DNA from: an uncultured Bacteroidales bacterium
GTDB lineage: Bacteria > Bacteroidota > Bacteroidia > Bacteroidales > P3
Direction of reading: 5' to 3'
Assembly: GCA_905233475.1 (NCBI GenBank)
Contig: CAJOEN010000001.1
Span: forward strand, 62,413 to 126,412
DNA: 64,000 nucleotides
This document shows positions 9,605 through 18,672 of the stretch, piece after piece (the stretch's first letter is position 1; every line of letters begins with the position of its first letter). The position numbers and the translations under genes were made by a program. The notes under the pieces were generated by a model that did not search any database, had not been told where the DNA came from, and saw only the letters and a list, made by a program, of their open reading frames with translations.

Positions 9605-10453
9605 ATGAAGATACTCAAAACATTGTTTGTCCCGCTTGTCGCCACGTTCCTAATGTACGGGTGCAGTAGCAAAGATTCCAGCAAAGCCATTGCCCGAGTT
9701 TTCGACAACTATTTGTACGAAAGCGATCTACAGGGCTTAGTTCCCCTTGGCACTTCTCCCGACGACAGTGCCGCCATAGTGTCGAGCTACATACAGCAGT
9801 GGATTCAGGAAATGGTGGTTCTCGAAAAAGCAAAGAACAACATCTCCAACAATTTCGAAAAAGAGATACAAAATTACAAAAACTCACTCATTACCTACAA
9901 CTATGAGTGCCTTATACTGGAACAGCAACTCGATACCAACATTTCCGACTCCGACGTGCAAAACTACTACAACAAAAACAAACATCTTTTTACACTGAAA
10001 GACAATATTTTACGCGTGATTTACGTAAAAATGCCAATAAAATCGAAAAACAATCACAAAATACGAAAAATACTTGCCGGCAAAGAACTTTCGGACAAAA
10101 ACATAATGGAATTAGAGCAACTCACTGCAAACCAAGCCATTGCTTACAATTTCGACCCAAACATTTGGATTTCTTTCTTCGATTTTCAGCAAATTATTCC
10201 CGTAAAGACCTACAATGAGACGGCTTACTTAAAAAAGATCAAAAAAATTTACTTCACCGACAAAAAATACACCTACATCGCCAAAATCCTCGACTCCAAA
10301 GTTACCGACGATATATCGCCTATCGATATCGAATACCCAAACATCAAAAACATAATACTGAACAAACGTAAAGTGGACCTTGTCAACAACATGCGCGCCA
10401 ATCTTATAAAAAAGGCCGAAGATGACAACCAAATTGAGATTTACAAAAAATAA
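9605..10453 (+). CDS. Lipoprotein of unknown function (SurA-N-like chaperone context)
   Basis: 282 aa with lipobox LMYGC; 4-nt spacer from the upstream PPIase gene and 12 nt to the next one. Confidence 0.55.
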   Translation: MKILKTLFVPLVATFLMYGCSSKDSSKAIARVFDNYLYESDLQGLVPLGTSPDDSAAIVSSYIQQWIQEMVVLEKAKNNISNNFEKEIQNYKNSLITYNYECLILEQQLDTNISDSDVQNYYNKNKHLFTLKDNILRVIYVKMPIKSKNNHKIRKILAGKELSDKNIMELEQLTANQAIAYNFDPNIWISFFDFQQIIPVKTYNETAYLKKIKKIYFTDKKYTYIAKILDSKVTDDISPIDIEYPNIKNIILNKRKVDLVNNMRANLIKKAEDDNQIEIYKK

Positions 10454-10465
10454 AATCACACAGAT

Positions 10466-11809
10466 ATGAAAAAAACAGCCGTAATAATAGTTCTTGCAGC
10501 ACTTTCCTTGCAACTTTCTGCCCAAAACAACGGCACCGTGGTTGATCAAGTTGTGGCCGTGGTTGGAAAAAACATCATAAAACTGTCCGACGTGGAGTCG
10601 AACTACGCCCAACTACGTGTGCAGAAAGGCTACGAAAATCCTTTTGAAAACCGTTGCAACATACTCGAAAGTCTGCTAATGACCAAACTACTGTTGCACA
10701 AAGGTATGATAGACAGCGTGGAAGTTACAGAACAAATGATTGCTACCGAACTGGACTGGAGTATGAAAAACCTGCTCCGCTACTACGGCACCAAAGAAAA
10801 TCTGCTAAAGCAAACAGGCCGCAGCTACGAGGATATACGCGAGAACTACTCACAAATTATCACCGAACGCTATATCACACAGCAGGTGGAAGAGGGTATA
10901 ACCGCCAATGTAAAAATCACCCCGCGCGAGGTTCAGGAGTACTACAACGCCATACCTACAGACAGCCTACCCACTATAGACGAGGAATACGAAATGTCTG
11001 AAATAGAAATGATACCGGAAATAGGCGATACCGAGAAAGAGCGTGTTCGTCTGGAACTGAACAAGTTGCGCGAGCGTGTGCTGAAAGGCGAAAATTTCAG
11101 TATGCTTGCCACCATGTACTCCGAAGACCCGGGGTCGGCACAAAAGGGCGGAGAATTAGGATTTTTCGGACGTGGAGATATGGTGGGTGAGTTCGAAGCC
11201 GCCGCATTTGTTCTGAAACCCGGCGAAGTGTCGCCCGTCATAGAAACAAAATTCGGTTTCCACATCATACAGCTTATCGAACGTCGTGGAAACACCATCA
11301 ATGCCCGACACATACTTATGATACCCAAAGTATCCACCAACGACCTTATCGCCACACAACAAAAAATGGACAGCGTGATAACCCTCGTAAAAAACGGCAC
11401 ACTGACCTTTGAAGAGGCCGCACGGCAATACTCGTCGAGCGCCACCAAGTCGCTGGGAGGCGTAGTGTCAAATGCCACATTGGGCAACCGTTTCAGCACA
11501 GAACTTGCCAAACAACAGTTCCCCGAAATAGACATAACAAAATACAACGAAGGGGACATAACTCCCATTCAGATGTCCAGAAACGGATCCAACCAAAACG
11601 TGTTCCGTGTGGTAAAACTGACCAAGAAGATACCTGCACACAAGGCCAACCTCACCTACGACTACGACAAACTTTACAACGCCGCCCTGCAGACTGCCAA
11701 AAACGAGAAAGTGCTTGACTGGGCATCGAAGATGATAAAAAATACTTACATCAAAATAAACGACGATTTCAAGGACTGTCCTTTCAAACTTAACTGGATA
11801 AACAAATAA
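10466..11809 (+). CDS. SurA-like periplasmic chaperone / parvulin PPIase
   Basis: 447 aa with a signal peptide and the parvulin block [21 protein letters not shown]...[10 protein letters not shown]. Confidence 0.75.
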   Translation: MKKTAVIIVLAALSLQLSAQNNGTVVDQVVAVVGKNIIKLSDVESNYAQLRVQKGYENPFENRCNILESLLMTKLLLHKGMIDSVEVTEQMIATELDWSMKNLLRYYGTKENLLKQTGRSYEDIRENYSQIITERYITQQVEEGITANVKITPREVQEYYNAIPTDSLPTIDEEYEMSEIEMIPEIGDTEKERVRLELNKLRERVLKGENFSMLATMYSEDPGSAQKGGELGFFGRGDMVGEFEAAAFVLKPGEVSPVIETKFGFHIIQLIERRGNTINARHILMIPKVSTNDLIATQQKMDSVITLVKNGTLTFEEAARQYSSSATKSLGGVVSNATLGNRFSTELAKQQFPEIDITKYNEGDITPIQMSRNGSNQNVFRVVKLTKKIPAHKANLTYDYDKLYNAALQTAKNEKVLDWASKMIKNTYIKINDDFKDCPFKLNWINK

Positions 11810-11821
11810 AAACTCTCTGCA

Positions 11822-12784
11822 ATGTCCGACACCGAACTGCTCAAAACCCTTTCCGACAAGTATCTGCAATTAAAATCGGAGATACGCAAGGTCATCGTGG
11901 GACAGGACAAAGTCCTCGACAGCCTGCTTCTATCGGTTTTCTCCGGCGGACACTGTCTCATAGTGGGAGTCCCCGGTTTGGCAAAAACACTTATGGTGAA
12001 CACCCTGTCCAAAGCCTTAGGTCTGAAATACAGCCGCATACAGTTCACCCCCGACCTCATGCCGTCAGACATACTCGGCTCCGAGATCTTGGACAAAAAT
12101 CGCGACTTCCAGTTCCTGAAAGGTCCAGTGTTTGCCAATATCATCCTTGCCGATGAAATAAACCGCACACCCCCAAAGACACAGTCTGCATTGCTCGAAG
12201 CCATGCAGGAAAAAGCCGTTACCGTTGCTGGGAAAACCTATCGTCTCGACGCTCCATTTTTTGTGCTTGCCACACAAAACCCTATAGAACAGGAAGGTAC
12301 CTATCCACTACCAGAAGCGCAACTCGACCGCTTTATGCTCAACATAAAACTCGACTACCCTTCGTTTGAAGAGGAGATGGACATAGTTAAATCCACTACA
12401 GTAGCAAATACCGAAGAAATAAACGTCGTACTTTCGGCAAATGAAATAATTGATTTTCAAAACGTTATTTACAAAATTCCCGTCCCCGACAATGTTTACC
12501 GCCATGCCGTAAGTGTTGTGGCCAAAACACGCGTAGGAACCGACAGTGCAAGTCCTTTAGCCTCCAAATACCTTACTTGGGGTGCAGGACCGCGTGCTTC
12601 GCAATACCTTATAATCGGGGCAAAAACCCATGCCGCATTGCACGGAAAATTCTCGCCCGACATTGAGGACGTGAACGCCGTAACCCTCGAAGTACTAAGA
12701 CACAGGGTAGTGAAAAACTACTACGCTGAAGCCGAAGGCATAACCACTGATATGATAATAAACGAAATCGTAAACGAAAAATAA
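11822..12784 (+). CDS. MoxR-family AAA+ ATPase
   Basis: 320 aa with Walker A GVPGLAKT, Walker B/sensor ILADEINRTPPKTQSALLEAMQE, and C-terminal GAGPRAS typical of MoxR. Confidence 0.85.
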   Translation: MSDTELLKTLSDKYLQLKSEIRKVIVGQDKVLDSLLLSVFSGGHCLIVGVPGLAKTLMVNTLSKALGLKYSRIQFTPDLMPSDILGSEILDKNRDFQFLKGPVFANIILADEINRTPPKTQSALLEAMQEKAVTVAGKTYRLDAPFFVLATQNPIEQEGTYPLPEAQLDRFMLNIKLDYPSFEEEMDIVKSTTVANTEEINVVLSANEIIDFQNVIYKIPVPDNVYRHAVSVVAKTRVGTDSASPLASKYLTWGAGPRASQYLIIGAKTHAALHGKFSPDIEDVNAVTLEVLRHRVVKNYYAEAEGITTDMIINEIVNEK

Positions 12785-12794
12785 CCCATTCCCA

Positions 12795-14084
12795 ATGAAA
12801 AAACTGCTGATATTTTTGATGATGTGTTCGGTTCTGACCATACAAGCCACGGCACAGAGCTATATATACACCCCTCCGGTGAAAAAGCAGAAGAACACCG
12901 GCAAACAGAAAAAACAGGAGCCGGCAATTCCATTCCCCGAACAGTTAAATCTGCTCGTCGATTTTACCGACAGCTCCGAAAATTATACTCTCGAGACCCT
13001 CGACCTGCTCGATTCGGTGTATCGGATTCTTTTAGACAAAACCAATCCTCGTTTGTACGCAATAGCAATAGAAGGCTTCGGCGGCGACAACGACGACTCG
13101 CTCACTTTCCACAGAGTAAACAACGTGTACAATTATTTCCTATCGCGCGCAAAAAGCCCATTCATTGTGCGTATCACTTCCAACAAGATAAAGAGCTCCT
13201 GCTCCGGCGAAGGCGAGGAACTTATAAAATACGAAGTCCCCGTAGACCGTAAGTACTACAAAATGTCTGAGCTTCCGCAAAGCCGACACACTTTCAACCA
13301 AACTCCCCTCAACGGCAAAGTACTGATGACTCTCAAAAACAACCCTGAGGCATGTATTGGTGGTTTCGCCGATTGCCAAGTGCCTTCGCGCGACTCGTTA
13401 GTGCGCGGATACTATTCTTCCGTACTTATCACCAAAGGCTCCATGTTGCGTATCAACAACACTCGCGACAAATGCCCCGACGACCTTGAGTTCTCCATCG
13501 AAGAACATCTCAACTACAAAGAAGTACTCGAACGCTATTTCCTAATCCCGCACAAAAAACACCTGCTTATTCAGGTGGGATACGTGGTGCTGAAAAGCAA
13601 CTACAAACGCGATACCGGCGAATGCATCTCCGAAATGCCCGACTCCATTTTTGTGCGTTTCCCGATAACGCAAGAGCAATGGCAGAACAAAATCCGTATA
13701 TTCGGCAAGAAATACACCGAAAAGGGTGTCGAATACAAAAGTCTGACAACCAAAAAGATGGCTTCAAAAGTAAGCACCGCCGTACAAGCTGGTATCAACG
13801 TTACACAATTAGACACAATTTTTCTTGGCAAACGCATTCAGCCCGACGAAATCGACAACTATTTCTATCAGATAAAAACCAATGTGGAGGAAGGCTCATT
13901 CGAATACAATGGTAAGTACTACAAGGCTTTCAAGGTAAACAAAAACGGCGACTACGAAATGAAAAGTGCCTTGCAACAGTTGTTCCGTATCGAACTTGAG
14001 GAGGAAGACCCCATAGACACTGACGACGGCAAAAAGAAAAATAAGAAAAACAAAAAATACGCCGACGACGAAGAAATTGAATAA
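12795..14084 (+). CDS. Secreted protein of unknown function with a Lys/Asp/Glu-rich C-terminal tail
   Basis: 429 aa with a signal peptide (MKKLLIFLMMCSVLTIQATAQ); 10-nt spacer after the MoxR gene. Confidence 0.55.
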   Translation: MKKLLIFLMMCSVLTIQATAQSYIYTPPVKKQKNTGKQKKQEPAIPFPEQLNLLVDFTDSSENYTLETLDLLDSVYRILLDKTNPRLYAIAIEGFGGDNDDSLTFHRVNNVYNYFLSRAKSPFIVRITSNKIKSSCSGEGEELIKYEVPVDRKYYKMSELPQSRHTFNQTPLNGKVLMTLKNNPEACIGGFADCQVPSRDSLVRGYYSSVLITKGSMLRINNTRDKCPDDLEFSIEEHLNYKEVLERYFLIPHKKHLLIQVGYVVLKSNYKRDTGECISEMPDSIFVRFPITQEQWQNKIRIFGKKYTEKGVEYKSLTTKKMASKVSTAVQAGINVTQLDTIFLGKRIQPDEIDNYFYQIKTNVEEGSFEYNGKYYKAFKVNKNGDYEMKSALQQLFRIELEEEDPIDTDDGKKKNKKNKKYADDEEIE

Positions 14085-14109
14085 CAGCATTTTCCAGCAC
14101 TAAAATATT

Positions 14110-14928
14110 ATGGCATATCTTGAATCGGACGTAACAAAAGTTACCACCCACGTGCTCCAGAACATGAAGCAGTGCGGACAGAAAATAGCCATGCTCACAG
14201 CCTACGACTACTCTATGGCTAGCCTCCTGGACAGCACAAAAATAGACATCGTCCTTGTAGGCGACTCCGCCGCCAACGTAATGGCGGGATACAAAACCAC
14301 CCTGCCCATAACCCTCGACGAGATGATTTATCACGGAGCCTCCGTTGTACGTGCCATCTCCCGCGCCCTCGTTGTAGTAGATTTGCCTTTCGGAACCTAT
14401 CAAGGCAACTCCAAAATGGCCCTGCAGTCGGCCATACGCATAATGAAAGAGACCGGCGCCGACGCCGTGAAACTCGAAGGCGGTGCAGAGATTCTCGAAT
14501 CGGTTAACCGTATCCTCTCCGCAGGGATACCCATTATGGGACACCTCGGACTCACACCGCAGTCCATCAACAAATTCGGCACCTACGCCGTAAGAGCCAC
14601 CGACGAGGAAGAGGCCAACCGTCTGATGGAGGACGCACGTGTGCTTCAGGAGGCCGGTTGTTTTGCCATAGTGCTGGAGAAAATACCTGCCTCTCTCGCC
14701 GCCAAGGTAACTTCCGAACTGAAAATACCAACCATCGGTATCGGTGCCGGCTCACAAGTGGACGGACAGGTGCTGGTACTACACGACATGCTGGGCATCA
14801 CTCAACAGTTTTCGCCGCGTTTCCTGCGTCGCTATCATTCCATCGGCGAAGAAATATCGCATGCAGTAACGCAATATATCAACGACGTTAAAAGTTGCGA
14901 TTTCCCCAACGAGAAAGAGCAGTACTAA
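14110..14928 (+). CDS. panB: 3-methyl-2-oxobutanoate hydroxymethyltransferase
   Basis: 272 aa with the blocks MLTAYDY, LVGDS, DLPFGTY and VKLEGG characteristic of PanB. Confidence 0.9.
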   Translation: MAYLESDVTKVTTHVLQNMKQCGQKIAMLTAYDYSMASLLDSTKIDIVLVGDSAANVMAGYKTTLPITLDEMIYHGASVVRAISRALVVVDLPFGTYQGNSKMALQSAIRIMKETGADAVKLEGGAEILESVNRILSAGIPIMGHLGLTPQSINKFGTYAVRATDEEEANRLMEDARVLQEAGCFAIVLEKIPASLAAKVTSELKIPTIGIGAGSQVDGQVLVLHDMLGITQQFSPRFLRRYHSIGEEISHAVTQYINDVKSCDFPNEKEQY

Positions 14929-14945
14929 ACCACATATTTCCAAAA

Positions 14946-14981
14946 CAAAAAAACGGAAGCCCGATGGACTTCCGTTTTTTT
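14946..14981. terminator. Bidirectional rho-independent terminator
   Basis: Layout is A-run-cggaag-loop-cttccg-T7, placed between the convergent panB and kbl. Confidence 0.7.
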
Positions 14982-14998
14982 GTAATATAAGACAAGGC

Positions 14999-16180
14999 TT
15001 AGCCTTCGATTTCCTTGCGTACTTTCTTGAAAGCCTCGATACATTTGTCGAGATGTTCACGCTCGTGAGCGGCGGAAATCTGCACACGGATACGTGCCTG
15101 TCCTTTGGGAACAACAGGATAGTAGAAACCTGTAACGAAGATACCCTCTTCCTGCATTTTGGCGGCGTATTTCTGCGATTTGGCAGCGTCGTAAATCATC
15201 ACTGCGCAGATAGCCGATTCCGAAGGCAGACAGTCGAAGTTCTCTTCTTTCATGCGACGGAGGAAGTAGTCGGTGTTTTCGTGCAGTTTGTCCTGCAGGG
15301 CGTTGGTCTCGGTCATCATGTCGAACATGCGAATGCCGGCGCCAACGAGTCCCGGTGCCAAGGAGTTGGAGAACAGGTAAGGACGCGAACGCTGACGCAG
15401 CATGTCGATGATTTCCTTTTTACCTGTGGTGAAACCGCCAACACCACCGCCGAAGGCTTTGCCGAGGGTTCCGGTAAGTATCTCTATCTGACCGCGCAGG
15501 TTGTAACGTTCTGTTACACCACGACCGGTTTTGCCAACCACGCCGGCGCTATGGCTTTCGTCAACCATAACCATGGCGTCGTATTTCTTGGCAAGCTCGT
15601 ATATTTTGTCGAGAGGACAAACATTGCCGTCCATCGAGAACACACCGTCGGTAGCTATCAGGCGGAAACGGCATTTCTGAGCCTCTTGCAGTTTGGCTTC
15701 GAGGTCGGCCATATCGGCGTTGGCATAGCGGAAACGCTGGGCTTTGCACAGACGCACGCCGTCGATGATGGAAGCGTGGTTCAACGAGTCGCTGATGATA
15801 GCGTCCTCTTCGGTGAGCAGGGGTTCGAAAACACCGCCGTTGGCGTCGAAGCAAGCAGCGTAGAGGATGGTGTCCTCAGTACCGAAGAAATCGGCGATTT
15901 TCTTTTCAAGCTGTTTGTGGAGGTCCTGACAACCGCAGATGAAACGTACCGAAGCCATACCGAAACCACGGGCGTCCATAGCGTCTTTGGCAGCCTTGAT
16001 AAGTTCGGGATTGTCGGCAAGACCAAGATAGTTGTTGGCACAGAAATTGAGGCATTTCTTGCCTTTTACAAGAATTTCAGCTCCCTGCGGAGATTCTATA
16101 ATACGTTCGTTTTTGTACAAGCCGGCAGCTTCTATGTCCGCCAACTCTTTCTGAAGATGTTTTTGAAATTTATCGTACAT
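14999..16180 (-). CDS. kbl: Glycine C-acetyltransferase (2-amino-3-ketobutyrate CoA ligase)
   Basis: 393 aa, near-collinear with E. coli Kbl as I recall it (NFCANNYLGL, GMASVRFICG, ISDSLNHASIIDG, GTLGKA, RPYLFSNSL, FYPVVPKGQARIR). Confidence 0.85.
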   Translation of the reverse strand: MYDKFQKHLQKELADIEAAGLYKNERIIESPQGAEILVKGKKCLNFCANNYLGLADNPELIKAAKDAMDARGFGMASVRFICGCQDLHKQLEKKIADFFGTEDTILYAACFDANGGVFEPLLTEEDAIISDSLNHASIIDGVRLCKAQRFRYANADMADLEAKLQEAQKCRFRLIATDGVFSMDGNVCPLDKIYELAKKYDAMVMVDESHSAGVVGKTGRGVTERYNLRGQIEILTGTLGKAFGGGVGGFTTGKKEIIDMLRQRSRPYLFSNSLAPGLVGAGIRMFDMMTETNALQDKLHENTDYFLRRMKEENFDCLPSESAICAVMIYDAAKSQKYAAKMQEEGIFVTGFYYPVVPKGQARIRVQISAAHEREHLDKCIEAFKKVRKEIEG

Positions 16181-16225
16181 ATTATCAATATTTTATAATG
16201 ATTATACTTCTTCTTTATCCAAAAA

Positions 16226-16233
16226 CAAAGGTA
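16226..16233 (-). promoter_or_regulatory. -7 promoter box (TAccTTTG on minus strand)
   Basis: Reverse complement of caaaggta; 46 nt upstream of the kbl ATG. Confidence 0.45.
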
Positions 16234-16286
16234 CAATTTTTTTTTGTTTATGCAAACTGTCGGGTGATGTTTTTTTGGAACTCCGT

Positions 16287-16403
16287 GAAAAATCCCCCAA
16301 ATACAGGAATGAAAAATCCCCCAAATACAGGAATGAAAATCCCCCAAATACAGGAATGAAAATCCCCCAAATACAGGAATAAAAATCCCCCAAATACAGG
16401 AAT
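16287..16403 (+). repeat. Tandem direct repeat, 5 contiguous copies of a 23-24-bp unit (gaaaaatcccccaaatacaggaat)
   Basis: Read directly from the sequence. Copies are at 16287-16310, 16311-16334, 16335-16357, 16358-16380 and 16381-16403; they differ only in A-run length and one first base. Confidence 0.95.
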
Positions 16404-16440
16404 GAAATAAATTAATTTTGTGTATATCAATATTTTTTCG

Positions 16441-16448
16441 TATTTTTG
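16441..16448 (+). promoter_or_regulatory. -7 promoter box (TAttTTTG)
   Basis: TAnnTTTG match 37 nt upstream of the ATG at 16485 and 38 nt downstream of the tandem repeat array. Confidence 0.45.
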
Positions 16449-16484
16449 CAAAATCAAAAAAAAGACATAAAAAAACGCATAAAA

Positions 16485-17759
16485 ATGGGAGATTATAAGG
16501 AACGAATTTTCGACCAGTTGCTCATACAAAAACTGGAAGGCATGGGTGCGGTATTGGTTGAAGGCCCAAAATGGTGCGGGAAGACCACCACAGCCGAACA
16601 TCAGGCCGCAAGTGTGCTATATATGAACGAGCCTAAACGCCACAAACGCAACCTGCAACTTGCCGACCAAGACCCTCAAGCCTTGCTGCAAGGAGCCACA
16701 CCGCGACTTATCGACGAATGGCAGGAAGCACCCAAACTCTGGGACACCATACGTTTCGAGGTGGATCACCGACAAAAGGACGGGCAATTCATCCTCACAG
16801 GCTCCGCTGTGCCAGCCGACATGAGCGAAGTGCACCACACCGGCATTGGACGCATAGCACGTATGCAAATGCGCACCATGAGTTTGTGGGAATCGGGCGA
16901 CTCTACGGGCAGTATCAGTCTGGTGTCGCTGTTTGCAGGCTCCGCTGGCAATGTAGCCACTATGGACAAGACTTTGCAGGAGGTAGCCTTTCTCATTTGC
17001 CGAGGAGGCTGGCCAAGGGCAGTTCTGCAAAAGCCTTCCATAGCTCTCGAACGTGCCTACGACTACCTTAACGCAATAGTAAACCTCGACATATCGCGTG
17101 TTGATGGCGTTTCTCGCGACCCACAACGCACAATGCGCCTCATGCGTTCCTACTCTCGTTTCCAAGGCGGACAAGTACCCATCGCCAAAATACGTGAGGA
17201 TGTGATAGCCAACGGCGACAGCTCTTTCGATGAAAAAACGATATTCTCTTATCTCAACGCCCTGAAAATGATGTTCGTTATAGAGGATATGCCGTCGTGG
17301 AACCCCAACCTGCGTTCCAAAGCCGCGATACGCACCACCGAAACACGCTATTTCACCGACCCGTCCATTGCCGCCGCCGCTCTCGGCCTCGGGCCAAAGG
17401 ATTTGATGAACGATTTGGAAACCTACGGCCTGCTATTTGAGGCCATGTGCGTAAGAGACCTCCGAATTTATGCACAAGCCATAAATGGTCTCGTGTACCA
17501 TTACCGCGATTCCGACGGTCTCGAATGCGACGCCGTTATACACTTGCGCAACGGCGACTACGGACTTGTAGAAATTAAACTCGGCGGCGACCGCCTTATT
17601 GAAGCGGGTGCCAAAACTCTGCATAAACTGCACAAGAAAATCGACACCGACAAAATGAAAGAGCCCTCGTTTCTTATGGTTTTAGTGGCCAACGGCGATT
17701 TCGCCTACAAACGCCCCGACGGAGTGTGGGTTGTCCCAATCGGAAGCCTGAAGCCGTAA
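16485..17759 (+). CDS. AAA ATPase with DUF4143 / PD-(D/E)xK-like C-terminal domain
   Basis: P-loop GPKWCGKTT and C-terminal ECDAVIHLRNGDYGLVEIKLG (D...ExK nuclease-like motif). The ATG at 16485 (MGDYKERIF) is preferred over the TTG at 16446 in the ORF track. Confidence 0.8.
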   Translation: MGDYKERIFDQLLIQKLEGMGAVLVEGPKWCGKTTTAEHQAASVLYMNEPKRHKRNLQLADQDPQALLQGATPRLIDEWQEAPKLWDTIRFEVDHRQKDGQFILTGSAVPADMSEVHHTGIGRIARMQMRTMSLWESGDSTGSISLVSLFAGSAGNVATMDKTLQEVAFLICRGGWPRAVLQKPSIALERAYDYLNAIVNLDISRVDGVSRDPQRTMRLMRSYSRFQGGQVPIAKIREDVIANGDSSFDEKTIFSYLNALKMMFVIEDMPSWNPNLRSKAAIRTTETRYFTDPSIAAAALGLGPKDLMNDLETYGLLFEAMCVRDLRIYAQAINGLVYHYRDSDGLECDAVIHLRNGDYGLVEIKLGGDRLIEAGAKTLHKLHKKIDTDKMKEPSFLMVLVANGDFAYKRPDGVWVVPIGSLKP

Positions 17760-17795
17760 TTTTTTCGAACTTTTTGCCGTATCACTTATATTTCG

Positions 17796-17803
17796 TACTT
17801 TTG
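17796..17803 (+). promoter_or_regulatory. -7 promoter box (TActTTTG)
   Basis: TAnnTTTG match 41 nt upstream of the ATG at 17844. Confidence 0.45.
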
Positions 17804-17843
17804 CCAATCATTAATTATACCAATGTTTTAAATACCAAACAAG

Positions 17844-18569
17844 ATGAAAAAAATCACAGCCATTTTAATCATTGCCCTTGCAACAATAAGCTTCGGGGCA
17901 CAGTTACCACTTAGCAACACCGAGTTTTCTTTTTTATCAAACATACAACAAGGCACAAAAGCTTACGCCGAAGTCCACCGCACCGCTACTACCGCCAAAG
18001 GCTTTGGAGACAGTCATTCTAAGAAAAAAACAAAGGGTTTATCCATAAGGGAACTTGCCGACAATCCTAACTATGCCAGCACTTGTGTGGTGAAAGACAG
18101 CGTGCGGAACAAAAAGAATTGCTTTGTAGTCATCTCTAAAAAGACATTGAAACTTTTCGTTTACGAAACTGTTGGTACGGACACATTACTCGTGGCAAAA
18201 TATCCCGTTTGTGTGGGCAAAAACATGGGACAGAAACAGAAGAAAGGAGATATGCGCACCCCCGAATCATCTTTCGCTCAGCCATTTACCGTTGTATCCA
18301 TACAACCTGCTTCGGCGTGGCACCACGATTTCAAAGACGGACGCGGTAGCATTTTGGCTTATGGAAATTGGTTTATACGACTGAAAACACCCGGTTTTTC
18401 CGGAATAGGAATACACGGAAGTACCAACAACGAAAACTCGGTGCCCGGAAGAGCCAGCGAAGGTTGCATACGGTTAAGGGACAGCGATTTGGATGTATTT
18501 AAAGAAAAATTTGCCTTTGTCGGCATGAAGGTTGTAATTCTGCCCGATGTACAGCAACCAACAAAATAG
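17844..18569 (+). CDS. L,D-transpeptidase (YkuD domain)
   Basis: 241 aa with a signal peptide and the catalytic block GIGIHGSTNNENSVPGRASEGCIRL (H...S.GC[IV]R). Confidence 0.8.
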   Translation: MKKITAILIIALATISFGAQLPLSNTEFSFLSNIQQGTKAYAEVHRTATTAKGFGDSHSKKKTKGLSIRELADNPNYASTCVVKDSVRNKKNCFVVISKKTLKLFVYETVGTDTLLVAKYPVCVGKNMGQKQKKGDMRTPESSFAQPFTVVSIQPASAWHHDFKDGRGSILAYGNWFIRLKTPGFSGIGIHGSTNNENSVPGRASEGCIRLRDSDLDVFKEKFAFVGMKVVILPDVQQPTK

Positions 18570-18641
18570 GCAACACAGCCCAACTCCCCAACTCTTTTTC
18601 TCTTCAAATAAAGTGAAAACGTGGAGTTTGCATTTTTTTCG

Positions 18642-18649
18642 TAACTTTG
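18642..18649 (+). promoter_or_regulatory. -7 promoter box (TAacTTTG)
   Basis: TAnnTTTG match 24 nt upstream of the ATG at 18673; supports the internal start. Confidence 0.45.
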
Positions 18650-18672
18650 CAACCATAAAAACATCTCTGAAT

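Noticed and set aside
16287-16403. Possible CRISPR array
   Set aside because: The copies are contiguous with no spacers, the unit is only 23-24 bp, and no cas genes are in the window. This is a plain tandem repeat.
16132-16601. Minus-strand ORFs (71, 63 and 117 aa) with reiterated peptides such as GDFHSCIWGIF across the 23-bp tandem repeats
   Set aside because: The periodic peptide is just a translation of the tandem DNA repeat. The ORFs overlap each other and the promoter of the ATPase gene, and they have no start context. I treat them as non-coding.
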